Origin: an uncultured bacterium | GTDB lineage: Bacteria; Oederibacteriota; Oederibacteriia; Oederibacteriales; Oederibacteriaceae | Assembly: GCA_965112635.1 (NCBI GenBank) | Contig: OZ218778.1 | Location: 1,824,001 to 1,888,000 of the forward strand | DNA length: 64,000 bases | Direction of reading: 5' to 3' | Shown here: positions 30,239 to 38,841 of the stretch, piece by piece | How positions within the stretch are numbered: the stretch's first letter is position 1 | Layout of the letters: every line of letters begins with the position of its first letter | Position numbers and translations under genes: made by a program | Notes under the pieces: model-generated | Told to the model about the DNA's origin: nothing | The model's database searches: none | The model's input: the letters and a program-made list of their open reading frames with translations, nothing else

Positions 30239-31891
30239 GTGGGTAGGGTGCAAATCTTTATGGTTGGTTTGGTCATTCTGTTGATGTGGGCGCCCAATGT
30301 TTTTGGCACGGCTTTTGGAACCACGGGCCAAAATTTTCTAACCATTGGCGTTGGTGCAAGGCCGACGGCGATGGGAGGGGCTTTCGTCGGTCTAGCTGAC
30401 GACCCTGATGCGATCCACTGGAACCCAGCTGGTTTGATTAATCTTGAAGACTATGAAATTTCCCTGATGCATAGCGCTCTCATCGGAGACGTCAGCTATG
30501 ATACCGTTTCCTACGCCCAGCCCATAGCTGTTGATTATGGTTATATTGGAGCCGGCATTGCCTATTTAGGTGTCCCCCCGTTTGATAATACCGTTGGTCG
30601 CGAAAACTCGATCTCTGCCCATAATTTCCTGTTAGACATTGCCTATGCGAATCGATTGAGCGATATGTTTGATATAGGCAATCCAATCGGCCGGCGTTTA
30701 AGTTTGGGACTAGGTATAAAATGGATCAATTTTTCGATCGATAACTTGGTGAGTTATAATGACGTGGCCTTCGATGTTGGCACCTATTTCATCACTCCCT
30801 GGGAACCGTTAACTCTGGGCGCGAGTTTGCAAAATTTAGGTATTTCTCTGGACCCTGCCGCTGTTTCAGACCCACTGCCTTTGACCTTTAGATGCGGAGC
30901 GTGTGTCCACATTGCAGACCTATCTATGCAGCTTGACCTGATCCAGCAAGTGGATAATGACGCCGTGATAGGATGGGGAACAGAATATAATTTCCAGGAT
31001 TTATTGTTCCTAAGGGGTGGTTATGCGATTGGCGGGCCTTCTCTAAACGGGTTGTCCGGGATAACATGCGGTGCCGGATGGAGGATGAGGTCCTTTGAGT
31101 TTGATTATACCTTTGTACCTATGGGGGAGTTGGGCGCCACCCACCGTTTTTCTCTTAACGTTTCCTTTGAACAGGAGCTCAAAGAATTACGTAAGAATCT
31201 GGCCGTGGAATCCAAAGACAAGGTCCAAAAAGATGAAATCATTGCTTTATATAAGAAGGGCAATGAATTCTATTATCAGGGGAACTACACTCAAGCTTTG
31301 GATGCCTGGCAGCAGATCCTGATCGTGGACCCGAAAAATCAAAAAGCGCAGGAAAGAATCACTTTTACCACGAACCTTTTGAACAAGAAGTTCACGGAAA
31401 ACGAAGCAACGCAGTATTATGAACAGGGAATGAGTGATTATTCGGCTGGTGACTACGAAAAGGCTTTGGAACAATGGGCTAGTGTCCAAAAGATAGTTCC
31501 CGATTACTTGAATATAAAGGAGATGATAAGTAAGGCAGAGGCGAAGTTGGCTGAAAAGAGAGTCGACAGGGCTGGAGTGGGTCCTTTGCTTGAAGCTGCT
31601 CGTACTTCCTATAAACAAGGGCAACTGCTGGATGCCGTCAAAGATTGGAGAAAAGTTTTAGAAGCAAATCCTCAAAATCAGGAAGCCCTGAAGTCGTTAA
31701 AGGATGCTAATGCGGAGATTTTAAACTTGGCAAAGAAAACCTATGATAAGGGGTTAGAATTTTACACCAATGGGGATTACGATAATGCCATTGCCACCTG
31801 GAAAAATGTGGTAATACTTCAGCCTGATCACCCAACCGTATTGGGTGATATTGAGAGAGCCCAGAAAGAGGTAAATTCGTTGAAAAAATAA
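30239..31891 (+). CDS. PorV/UPF0164 (FadL-like) outer-membrane barrel fused to C-terminal TPR repeats
   Basis: FLTIGVGARPTAMGGAFVGLADDPDAIHWNPAGL signature; DVG...LGASLQNLG; FLRGGY...FDYTFVPMGELGATHRFSL; then about four TPRs (YxxGxY..A...W..(I/V)L..xP). Confidence 0.85.
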   Translation: MGRVQIFMVGLVILLMWAPNVFGTAFGTTGQNFLTIGVGARPTAMGGAFVGLADDPDAIHWNPAGLINLEDYEISLMHSALIGDVSYDTVSYAQPIAVDYGYIGAGIAYLGVPPFDNTVGRENSISAHNFLLDIAYANRLSDMFDIGNPIGRRLSLGLGIKWINFSIDNLVSYNDVAFDVGTYFITPWEPLTLGASLQNLGISLDPAAVSDPLPLTFRCGACVHIADLSMQLDLIQQVDNDAVIGWGTEYNFQDLLFLRGGYAIGGPSLNGLSGITCGAGWRMRSFEFDYTFVPMGELGATHRFSLNVSFEQELKELRKNLAVESKDKVQKDEIIALYKKGNEFYYQGNYTQALDAWQQILIVDPKNQKAQERITFTTNLLNKKFTENEATQYYEQGMSDYSAGDYEKALEQWASVQKIVPDYLNIKEMISKAEAKLAEKRVDRAGVGPLLEAARTSYKQGQLLDAVKDWRKVLEANPQNQEALKSLKDANAEILNLAKKTYDKGLEFYTNGDYDNAIATWKNVVILQPDHPTVLGDIERAQKEVNSLKK

Positions 31892-31940
31892 GAATCATTA
31901 ACTTATCTCAGAGCCAAAAACGGTAATAATATCTATATAT

Positions 31941-31969
31941 TTGACAATTAAAATTTGGATAGGTAGACT
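31941..31969 (+). promoter_or_regulatory. Sigma70-type promoter
   Basis: TTGACA-17 bp-TAGACT, followed by GAGG RBS and ATG 31998. Confidence 0.65.
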
Positions 31970-31997
31970 TTCAACCAAATGGTGAGGATAAGTAAAT

Positions 31998-33998
31998 ATG
32001 AAAAGTAATTCCAATAAGAGAAGCTATTTTCCTTTTTATTGTTTTTGGATAGTTGTAAGTTTATTTCTCCTCCTTTCTGTTTCCATGCTCCTTCAAATTG
32101 CGCTTGCCCAAGACAATGCTTCTCATGTTGCCTCTATATCTGTTGATGAGGGTGTTAAGGCTTATTTAGGGGGGGATTTAGATAAGGCTATTTTATCCTT
32201 TGAAGATGCGTTAAATTCCGGTCAGGACGCCGAAAAAATAAAGGCTCTTTTAGTAAAAGCCCTGGTGGAGCGGAGCAACCAGTTGTTCGTGCAGGGAGAT
32301 TTTACCAAAGCTTTTACTTACTCCAGCCGCGCCAAAGAGTTAGCTCCCAATAACCAGGAAGTGGCCTTAATTAATAGCCTTATCCTGCAAGCTAAAAGAG
32401 CCGTTGATGTGCGGCCTATCAGAAAAACAGAAACGGTTTTGATCAGGGAGACCAGCACTGCTAACCGCCAGATGCAGAAGCAAATAGGGCAATTACTAGA
32501 GGCTTTCAAGCAGACCCAGCAGAAAATCTCCTTGTTGAATGTTTCACCCACAGCCGTATCAAAGTCGGTCGGCGCAGATATTATCTTTTATGTTTTATTG
32601 ATTGGGGTGTTATTGGCCGGTGCGATTATCGTGTTTATTAGAGTGTGGTTTAGGTCCCACGAATCAATATTTACCCAGCAGCAAAATAAATTATTAGGTG
32701 TCATCTATAACCAACAGCAAGTCCTGCTCAAAGATAACCAGAGGCTTGTTCCTGAGTCTACTCCAACCAACAAGGAAAGCATTAGCACGAGGGAAATGCT
32801 CAGCGATCTCAATCCGCATGTCCGGGCCAGAGGCTTGGAGGTCTTGGCTGAGGAGCTCGAGCGCGAAAAGACTCCGAGCATTGTGGCCAAAAAGATCATT
32901 ACCCCGTTTTTAAGCGAAAAAGACAATCGAGTCAGGGGCAATGCCGTTAAGGTTCTTTATAAATACGACGTTGAACAGGCGCGCGAGATCTTGAGGGAGA
33001 TGTTTTGGAGTGGCAATGAATGGATGAGGCTTTCGGCAGCTTGGGTAATCGGGGAAGTAGCGGATCACGAGGGTGCGAGATGGATATTGCAGGCTATGGA
33101 TGAGGCTCTGCCTCACCTGAAGCGGCGTTGCATCAAAACGATCCAGATATTTTTGAAGAATAGGAATCCACAATTACCCCTAGATCTTCATGACCAGATG
33201 AAGGAAACGCTGGAAAAATTTAGGGATTATGTAGAAGAGGAAAACTCCCGACCTAATAGCCAGTCAGGAGTTTTGGGCACTACTACGGACAGTAAGGGGG
33301 GGGCTACCGATGACAGTTCAAGCAGAAACATTTCGCCGAGGTGGAGGTACGTTTTAAAGAATTTATTTAGGAAACAGTGGCAAGCTCTAGAACGAGAGGT
33401 TCGGGAGCGCGAGCGGATAGCGTTCAAGTCCAGGGAAGACGTTGAATCTTTAGCTTTAGCAGAAAAGCAGAGGAATATTAGGCTTAGTACTGATATGGAA
33501 AAGTTGGAAAGGCAATATTTTGCCGTAAAAAAGAAGCTGGAAGAAGCAGAGAGCCAGTTTGCAGAATATAAAGCAGAGAATGACAGGGTGAGCAATCTGT
33601 TAAGTCAAAATTTGGCGGAGATCAATGAGCTCAAAAAGATCAAAGAAGATTTCAAAAAGGTCGTTGAAGAGAACAAAAACCTCCAGAATATGCTCATGGA
33701 TAAAAGTAGTTCTTGGGCCACGGTTGTTCCAGGCGGGAGCCCTATTCTCGATGAAAGCAAAAGCAAAGCGGATGATGTACAGAATCTGGTCAATTCATAC
33801 ACGGAATTGGAAAAACAGTGGCAAGCCATTTTGGCGGAGAAAGAAAGCCGTGTGGGTTCCCTTAAACAAAAAATGACGGAAACGGACGAGAAAGTCAAAA
33901 AAAAGGGGGAAGTTCGTAAGAAAGTAAGCAAAGAAAAAAGCAGCAGTATCGGAAGGTTGTATTATTTTGTGAACAAGAAATTGGGCGGTCTGCAGTAA
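31998..33998 (+). CDS. Membrane protein: periplasmic TPR, transmembrane helix, cytoplasmic HEAT repeats and long coiled coil
   Basis: N-terminal hydrophobic signal; TPRs (GVKAYLGGDLDKAI, ELAPNNQEV); TM IIFYVLLIGVLLAGAIIVFI; HEAT motifs DLNPHVRARG, DNRVRGNAVKVL, NEWMRLSAAWVIGEV; E/K/L-rich tail. Confidence 0.7.
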   Translation: MKSNSNKRSYFPFYCFWIVVSLFLLLSVSMLLQIALAQDNASHVASISVDEGVKAYLGGDLDKAILSFEDALNSGQDAEKIKALLVKALVERSNQLFVQGDFTKAFTYSSRAKELAPNNQEVALINSLILQAKRAVDVRPIRKTETVLIRETSTANRQMQKQIGQLLEAFKQTQQKISLLNVSPTAVSKSVGADIIFYVLLIGVLLAGAIIVFIRVWFRSHESIFTQQQNKLLGVIYNQQQVLLKDNQRLVPESTPTNKESISTREMLSDLNPHVRARGLEVLAEELEREKTPSIVAKKIITPFLSEKDNRVRGNAVKVLYKYDVEQAREILREMFWSGNEWMRLSAAWVIGEVADHEGARWILQAMDEALPHLKRRCIKTIQIFLKNRNPQLPLDLHDQMKETLEKFRDYVEEENSRPNSQSGVLGTTTDSKGGATDDSSSRNISPRWRYVLKNLFRKQWQALEREVRERERIAFKSREDVESLALAEKQRNIRLSTDMEKLERQYFAVKKKLEEAESQFAEYKAENDRVSNLLSQNLAEINELKKIKEDFKKVVEENKNLQNMLMDKSSSWATVVPGGSPILDESKSKADDVQNLVNSYTELEKQWQAILAEKESRVGSLKQKMTETDEKVKKKGEVRKKVSKEKSSSIGRLYYFVNKKLGGLQ

Positions 33999-34101
33999 CC
34001 ATCCGTGAGTAAGTCTGTTTTCCTGACGCAAGAATTCCTAGAGTAGATTGGTTCTTTAAATTTGAGTAATTGGTTGCATAAAAACACGGAGGCGAGAAAA
34101 A

Positions 34102-36084
34102 GTGCCAGAGAAAAGCGAGGTTGTTTTAAATATTGAGGGTAACAGGGTAACGGTTTCTGCAGAGACCAGTTCTTTGTCTATTCTGCGGATGTTTGTGGAC
34201 AGAAAACTTCGGGAGTTTTCCTTCAAACAAGATGACATTGATGCAATCGAATTGGCCGTTGACGAAGCCTGCACAAATATTATTGAGTACGCTTATCCTG
34301 ATGCCCCAGGTCCAGAAAAGACCATTACGCTTGAAATTGGGTTGACCAGGGATGATGTCCATGTATTTATTATGGATTATGGAGTCCCCGTTCCCGAAAA
34401 GGTCGTAAAAAAATTTAGCAGCGTTAAAGGAAAGCCTAAAGGCGAACAAGTGGGGGGCTGGGGTATCTACTTAATTGCTAATTCGGTCAACGAGGTTCGA
34501 TATAGTCGCAAAAAGAACGCAAATATTTTGAGATTAAAAAGAAAGCGTTTGAAATTATCAGCAGTCGCAGGGAGGCGTCCTTTTTTTGTGGGCTCTCTTT
34601 CTTTACGGGCCCAATTTAACGCCTATATTTTCTTCATCTTTTTAGTAAGTGCTGTTTGTATAGCCTTTTTGATCATCCCACAAGAGCGCCGTATCATAGA
34701 AAGCAGATCAATCAACAATGGCATATGGCTGGCTAGGAATTTCGCCGGCAGGGTCACGGCTCCTTACTTAGCGCATGATCAGTTGACCCTGGCAGTAACC
34801 GCCCGCTTAATGGAGGAAAATCCCCAGGTCGCCTACGCTGTCATTACCGATTCAAAAGATATAGTCCAAATAGACCCAAAAGGGCAGCTGTCTGGTTTAT
34901 TATTCAGCCATGGGTATTTTGGAAATCCTATTTTAGCGCAAGAAAATGTGCGATGCAGAGAAGCGAGGGTTTTAGATATGAATGTCTATGACCTTCAGTC
35001 AGATCTCACAATCAGGCATCTTAATAAGGCAGTGACTCTCGGCTCCATTCACCTGGGTTTGAACCGCAATATCATTAATCAGGTCATCAATGATGCTATC
35101 AGGAACATTGGAATTATCGCTATTATGATCCTATTAGTCATACTTGTTTTAACGTCGATCATGACAGAGTTTGTAATTCGGCCTATTAGAAAGCTAATGG
35201 CCGGAGTTCGACAAATAGGGAACGGTTATTTCGATTATCGCCTTGATTTGAAAAGTACCCAGGAGTTAAAAGAGCTTTCGGATGCTTTTAATATCATGGC
35301 TCGCGACTTAAAGCAAGGGCGCGAAACGCAGCTAGAAAAGATCAAGATCGAGCAGGAGCTGGATATGGCCAGCCATGTCCAAAAACTGTTATTGCCCAAA
35401 GAGATCCCGTCCATTCCGGGTTGCGACTTTGGAATGTTCTACCGGTCAGCCAAACAACTGGGAGGAGATTATCTAGATTTTATACCTATCAGTGATGAGT
35501 TGATGGGTATTGTGATCGCCGATGTGGCAGGAAAGGGAGTTCCCGCCGCATTGATGATGTCCAATGTTCGGAGTACCCTAAGGGCTGCAGCTAAAAGCGA
35601 AAGGTCACCCAAAAAAGTTCTGACTTTTCTAAATGAGCAAATAACCAAAGATACCACGCCGGATGTTTTTATAACGATGCTTTACTGTATTTTTAATTTG
35701 CAAAACAGGGAAATTAAATATGCTTCAGCAGGACATTGTCCCTTGCTTTGCTTGCCTGCTGGACGCAATAAGATTATTGAATATAAAACCCTGGGTTTTC
35801 CACTGGGAATAGAGCAGGGGCCAAAGTTTGAGGAAAGGTTGGAAGAAGGGGATCAATTGTTAAAGACCGGAGATATTATAGTGTTATACTCCGACGGGGT
35901 GAATGAAGCTTTTAACAACAGAGGTGAAGAATTCGGAGAAAAGAGACTTTTTGAAGCCATTCTTAAGAACCAAGATTTAACTGCCCAGCAGTTAGCTACT
36001 CTAATTGAAAATGAAGTTAGTTCCTTTATTGGACAAAAGAAACGCAGCGATGATATCAGTATTATCACCTGTAAAATAAAATAA
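34102..36084 (+). CDS. Fused RsbW-like anti-sigma kinase (HATPase_c_2) + 2 TM/periplasmic sensor + HAMP + SpoIIE/PP2C phosphatase
   Basis: IELAVDEACTNIIEYAY...DYG...GGWGIYLI kinase boxes; RPIRKL...ELKELSDAFNIM HAMP; LGGDYLDF, IADVAGKGVPAALMM, ASAGH, LYSDGVNE, DDISII phosphatase motifs. Confidence 0.9.
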   Translation: MPEKSEVVLNIEGNRVTVSAETSSLSILRMFVDRKLREFSFKQDDIDAIELAVDEACTNIIEYAYPDAPGPEKTITLEIGLTRDDVHVFIMDYGVPVPEKVVKKFSSVKGKPKGEQVGGWGIYLIANSVNEVRYSRKKNANILRLKRKRLKLSAVAGRRPFFVGSLSLRAQFNAYIFFIFLVSAVCIAFLIIPQERRIIESRSINNGIWLARNFAGRVTAPYLAHDQLTLAVTARLMEENPQVAYAVITDSKDIVQIDPKGQLSGLLFSHGYFGNPILAQENVRCREARVLDMNVYDLQSDLTIRHLNKAVTLGSIHLGLNRNIINQVINDAIRNIGIIAIMILLVILVLTSIMTEFVIRPIRKLMAGVRQIGNGYFDYRLDLKSTQELKELSDAFNIMARDLKQGRETQLEKIKIEQELDMASHVQKLLLPKEIPSIPGCDFGMFYRSAKQLGGDYLDFIPISDELMGIVIADVAGKGVPAALMMSNVRSTLRAAAKSERSPKKVLTFLNEQITKDTTPDVFITMLYCIFNLQNREIKYASAGHCPLLCLPAGRNKIIEYKTLGFPLGIEQGPKFEERLEEGDQLLKTGDIIVLYSDGVNEAFNNRGEEFGEKRLFEAILKNQDLTAQQLATLIENEVSSFIGQKKRSDDISIITCKIK

Positions 36085-36100
36085 GGAAAGGAGTTAGTCC

Positions 36101-36460
36101 ATGAGTGAAACTGGTTTGGATATTGTTATTGCCGGGACAGAGTCTAAAAAAGGATGCAAATTAATATTAAAAGGGTATTTAGACGCTGAAACTGTTCCAA
36201 AGTTAAATGCCAAAATGAAAGATGTTATCCAACAAAAAACAAGCAAAATAATACTTGATCTACAAGAGATATCTTTTATTAGCAGTGCAGGGTGGGGAGC
36301 GTTGGTGATTTTGGCAAAAACGGCTCAAAGAGAAAAAGGAAACATAGTACTAATCAATTTGGGCCCTAAGCTGGCCAGGACCTTTAATCTTTTGGACCTA
36401 TCTCCAATCTTGCAAGTATTTTCTAGTGAAGCCGATGCGTCTGCATTTTTGAATAAATAA
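36101..36460 (+). CDS. STAS-domain anti-anti-sigma factor (RsbV/SpoIIAA-like)
   Basis: LKGYLDAET...IILDLQEISFISSAGWGALV with the phosphorylatable Ser; GGAG RBS. Confidence 0.9.
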   Translation: MSETGLDIVIAGTESKKGCKLILKGYLDAETVPKLNAKMKDVIQQKTSKIILDLQEISFISSAGWGALVILAKTAQREKGNIVLINLGPKLARTFNLLDLSPILQVFSSEADASAFLNK

Positions 36461-36578
36461 ACTAATCGGTAGGTCTAACGAAAGTTCAGTGGTAACCTTT
36501 TAATTAAAACTATTCTTCTGTCATTTATGATGCCTAATCCCTTTTATTCCATTTTTTTTAATATTCCTATTGATTTTA

Positions 36579-36608
36579 TTGAAAATAGTTGTATTTTTGT
36601 GTTAAAAT
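36579..36608 (+). promoter_or_regulatory. Putative sigma70-type promoter with extended -10
   Basis: TTGAAA-18 bp-TAAAAT with TGn extension, in an AT-rich gap upstream of ATG 36655. Confidence 0.45.
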
Positions 36609-36654
36609 TGATATAATAAAATATGTTATAAAGTATGTAACAAAAGGGTTGCAA

Positions 36655-37524
36655 ATGCAAAAGTCTGTGGCTATTGGCACCGTGGTCAGAATGACCGGGC
36701 TCTCCAAGGTAGTGTTGCGTTATTGGGAAAAACTCGGTCTCATCAAACCTCTGCGTTCTGAAAAAGGACGCCGCCGTTATGATATGGACCAACTTAAAGA
36801 GATAATCAGGATCAAAGAACTCCTGAAAAAGCACCGTATGCGGGTTTCAGAACTGGTCAACTCCACCGAGCTTCTAAAAGATAACTTCCTAAAAACGATT
36901 TTTGACAACGAACTGGAACAGGATATTGATAACCTCAAGAGTGGAACAGGGGACCTTAAGCCAGGAGACTCAGGGTTTGTGCCGGATTCTATGGCCGCCA
37001 ATATTATGATGGAACGGATCGAACGAAGGATCGCCAAAGGTAAGCCGTTAGCCCTTATCTTCCTGGATATTCTCCATTTAGATGAATTCCGACAGCGGTA
37101 CGGGGAGGAGCGCACTAACAAACTTTTGAATTTTTCCGCTGTCCTTATTTTAGATATGATCGGCAGTTACGGGAATGCCGAGGATAGCGTACATCACCTT
37201 GGCCAGGGCCGGTTCATTATTCTTACCACTCCCAATAAATTTCAGGGTATCATCCCATCAATCCTTTCTTCCTTCCAAGAATTCGTTGTTTTTAAATATG
37301 ATGAGAAGGATCAGGCGCCTATGCTGTTGAGAATAAAATCCGGACTTTTAGAAGGGAAAGACCAGCCTGGAAAAGGATTTCCTGTCGCGGCCTTAAAAGT
37401 GCTTGTTCAGACCAACCGAAAGTTTATTAATCAAATCATGTCCAATCCAGAAAACAGGAGTGCTGATTCTGTTCTAAATAAGTTGAAAGAAACAAGCACG
37501 CCTTTTGTGCCGCCAACCTTATGA
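36655..37524 (+). CDS. MerR-family HTH regulator fused to a degenerate GGDEF-like domain
   Basis: IGTVVRMTGLSKVVLRYWEKLGLIKPLRSEKGRRRY (MerR HTH); ALIFLDILHLDEFRQRYGEERTNKLL...HLGQGRFIIL (GGDEF fold lacking the signature). Confidence 0.75.
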   Translation: MQKSVAIGTVVRMTGLSKVVLRYWEKLGLIKPLRSEKGRRRYDMDQLKEIIRIKELLKKHRMRVSELVNSTELLKDNFLKTIFDNELEQDIDNLKSGTGDLKPGDSGFVPDSMAANIMMERIERRIAKGKPLALIFLDILHLDEFRQRYGEERTNKLLNFSAVLILDMIGSYGNAEDSVHHLGQGRFIILTTPNKFQGIIPSILSSFQEFVVFKYDEKDQAPMLLRIKSGLLEGKDQPGKGFPVAALKVLVQTNRKFINQIMSNPENRSADSVLNKLKETSTPFVPPTL

Positions 37525-38210
37525 AGACACAACGCCTCATTCTTGCCTTTGAAACAGCTACTTCTCTTGGGAGCGTGGCTCTTTTAGATTCACTAAACCT
37601 GTTAGGTGAGGTGTTTTTCAGCCAATCCCAAAACTATGAAGCAAGCATCATTAAATCCGTTGATTATTTGCTTAGGCAGCATAATAAGAATATTAAGAAT
37701 ATTGATGTTATTGCTGTTTCTGCCGGGCCAGGTTCTTTCACAGGTTTGCGCGTAGGGCTGGCCACTGTCAGAGGACTGGCCCAAAGCCTAAACAAGAAAG
37801 TAGTACCTGTTTGCACTTTGGATTCAATGGCTTTCCAGGAAATGGAAATGTCTAGTATTGATCTTTGTCCACTACTGGATGCGAAACGAGGCGAGGTCTT
37901 TTCAGCAGTATACCGCAAAACTTATCAGGGGATTGCGAGGAATACCCAGCCCTTTGTGAGCAGCCCCGAAGAACTATGCCGTAGGATCAAAAGACCAACC
38001 TGCTTTTTCGGAGAGGGGTGGCTGAAATATGGATCTTTAATAAGAGAAAATTTGGGTGCTGTGGCAGTTGATGGGCCGCCTCATTCTGGAGTTAGAGCTT
38101 CAATCGTGGGATTAATAGCAGCCAAGTCAAGCATGTTAACCAGGGCTATTGATTATAATGAGGTAGAGCCCTGGTATATCCGCAGGCCTTTTGCAAAACA
38201 AAAGAGCTAA
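37521..38210 (+). CDS. tsaB: tRNA t6A biosynthesis protein TsaB
   Basis: ILAFETAT, IAVSAGPGSFTGLRVG, LDAKRGEVF, EPWYIR. Confidence 0.95.
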   Translation: MKTQRLILAFETATSLGSVALLDSLNLLGEVFFSQSQNYEASIIKSVDYLLRQHNKNIKNIDVIAVSAGPGSFTGLRVGLATVRGLAQSLNKKVVPVCTLDSMAFQEMEMSSIDLCPLLDAKRGEVFSAVYRKTYQGIARNTQPFVSSPEELCRRIKRPTCFFGEGWLKYGSLIRENLGAVAVDGPPHSGVRASIVGLIAAKSSMLTRAIDYNEVEPWYIRRPFAKQKS

Positions 38211-38232
38211 GAATGTTGGGAAACCCAGAATA

Positions 38233-38679
38233 ATGCCCATAAATATCGAAAAAATGACCCCAAAAGACATAGATCGAGTTTGGGAGATCGATAAGGCTGC
38301 TTTTCCGCTTCCCTGGAGTAGGAATATGTATGAAAGAGAGTTTCAACACGGTCTTTCCTATTATTTTGTGGCCAGAGAAGATGGGGAAATTGTGGGTTTT
38401 GGGGGGTTTTGGAAAATTGAGCAAGAAGCTCATTTGACTAATTTTGGTGTACATCCCAATTATCAACATAAAGGAATAGGAAGGCAACTTTTGAAGGAAT
38501 TGTTGGAGCTGGCTGTTTCGCTAGGATGCCGCCGAGCAACCCTGGAGGTGAGGGTTAGTAATGAGCGGGCACGCCAATTTTATGAAAAAGCCGGTTTTGA
38601 TATGATTGCCATCAGAAAAAAATATTACCCCGATAATCAGGAAGACGCCCTGGTCTATTGGAACAACGGATTAAAATGA
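38233..38679 (+). CDS. rimI: Ribosomal-protein-alanine N-acetyltransferase RimI
   Basis: FPLPWS, EAHLTNFGVHPNYQHKGIG, LEVRVSNERA...YEKAGF...RKKYY...EDAL; follows tsaB. Confidence 0.93.
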   Translation: MPINIEKMTPKDIDRVWEIDKAAFPLPWSRNMYEREFQHGLSYYFVAREDGEIVGFGGFWKIEQEAHLTNFGVHPNYQHKGIGRQLLKELLELAVSLGCRRATLEVRVSNERARQFYEKAGFDMIAIRKKYYPDNQEDALVYWNNGLK

Positions 38680-38841
38680 GTTACCCTTCCCTAAAAGGCT
38701 GACCGAAACAGCCAGAAATTCCTTGATTTAACAAACATAAAATGATAACTCTAGTCTTAATCATTTCCTAACAAAATACTAATAGTAGGAAACAATTCTG
38801 CGGAAATATTCCGTGATATTAAGATTAAGGAGGAATGGAAC

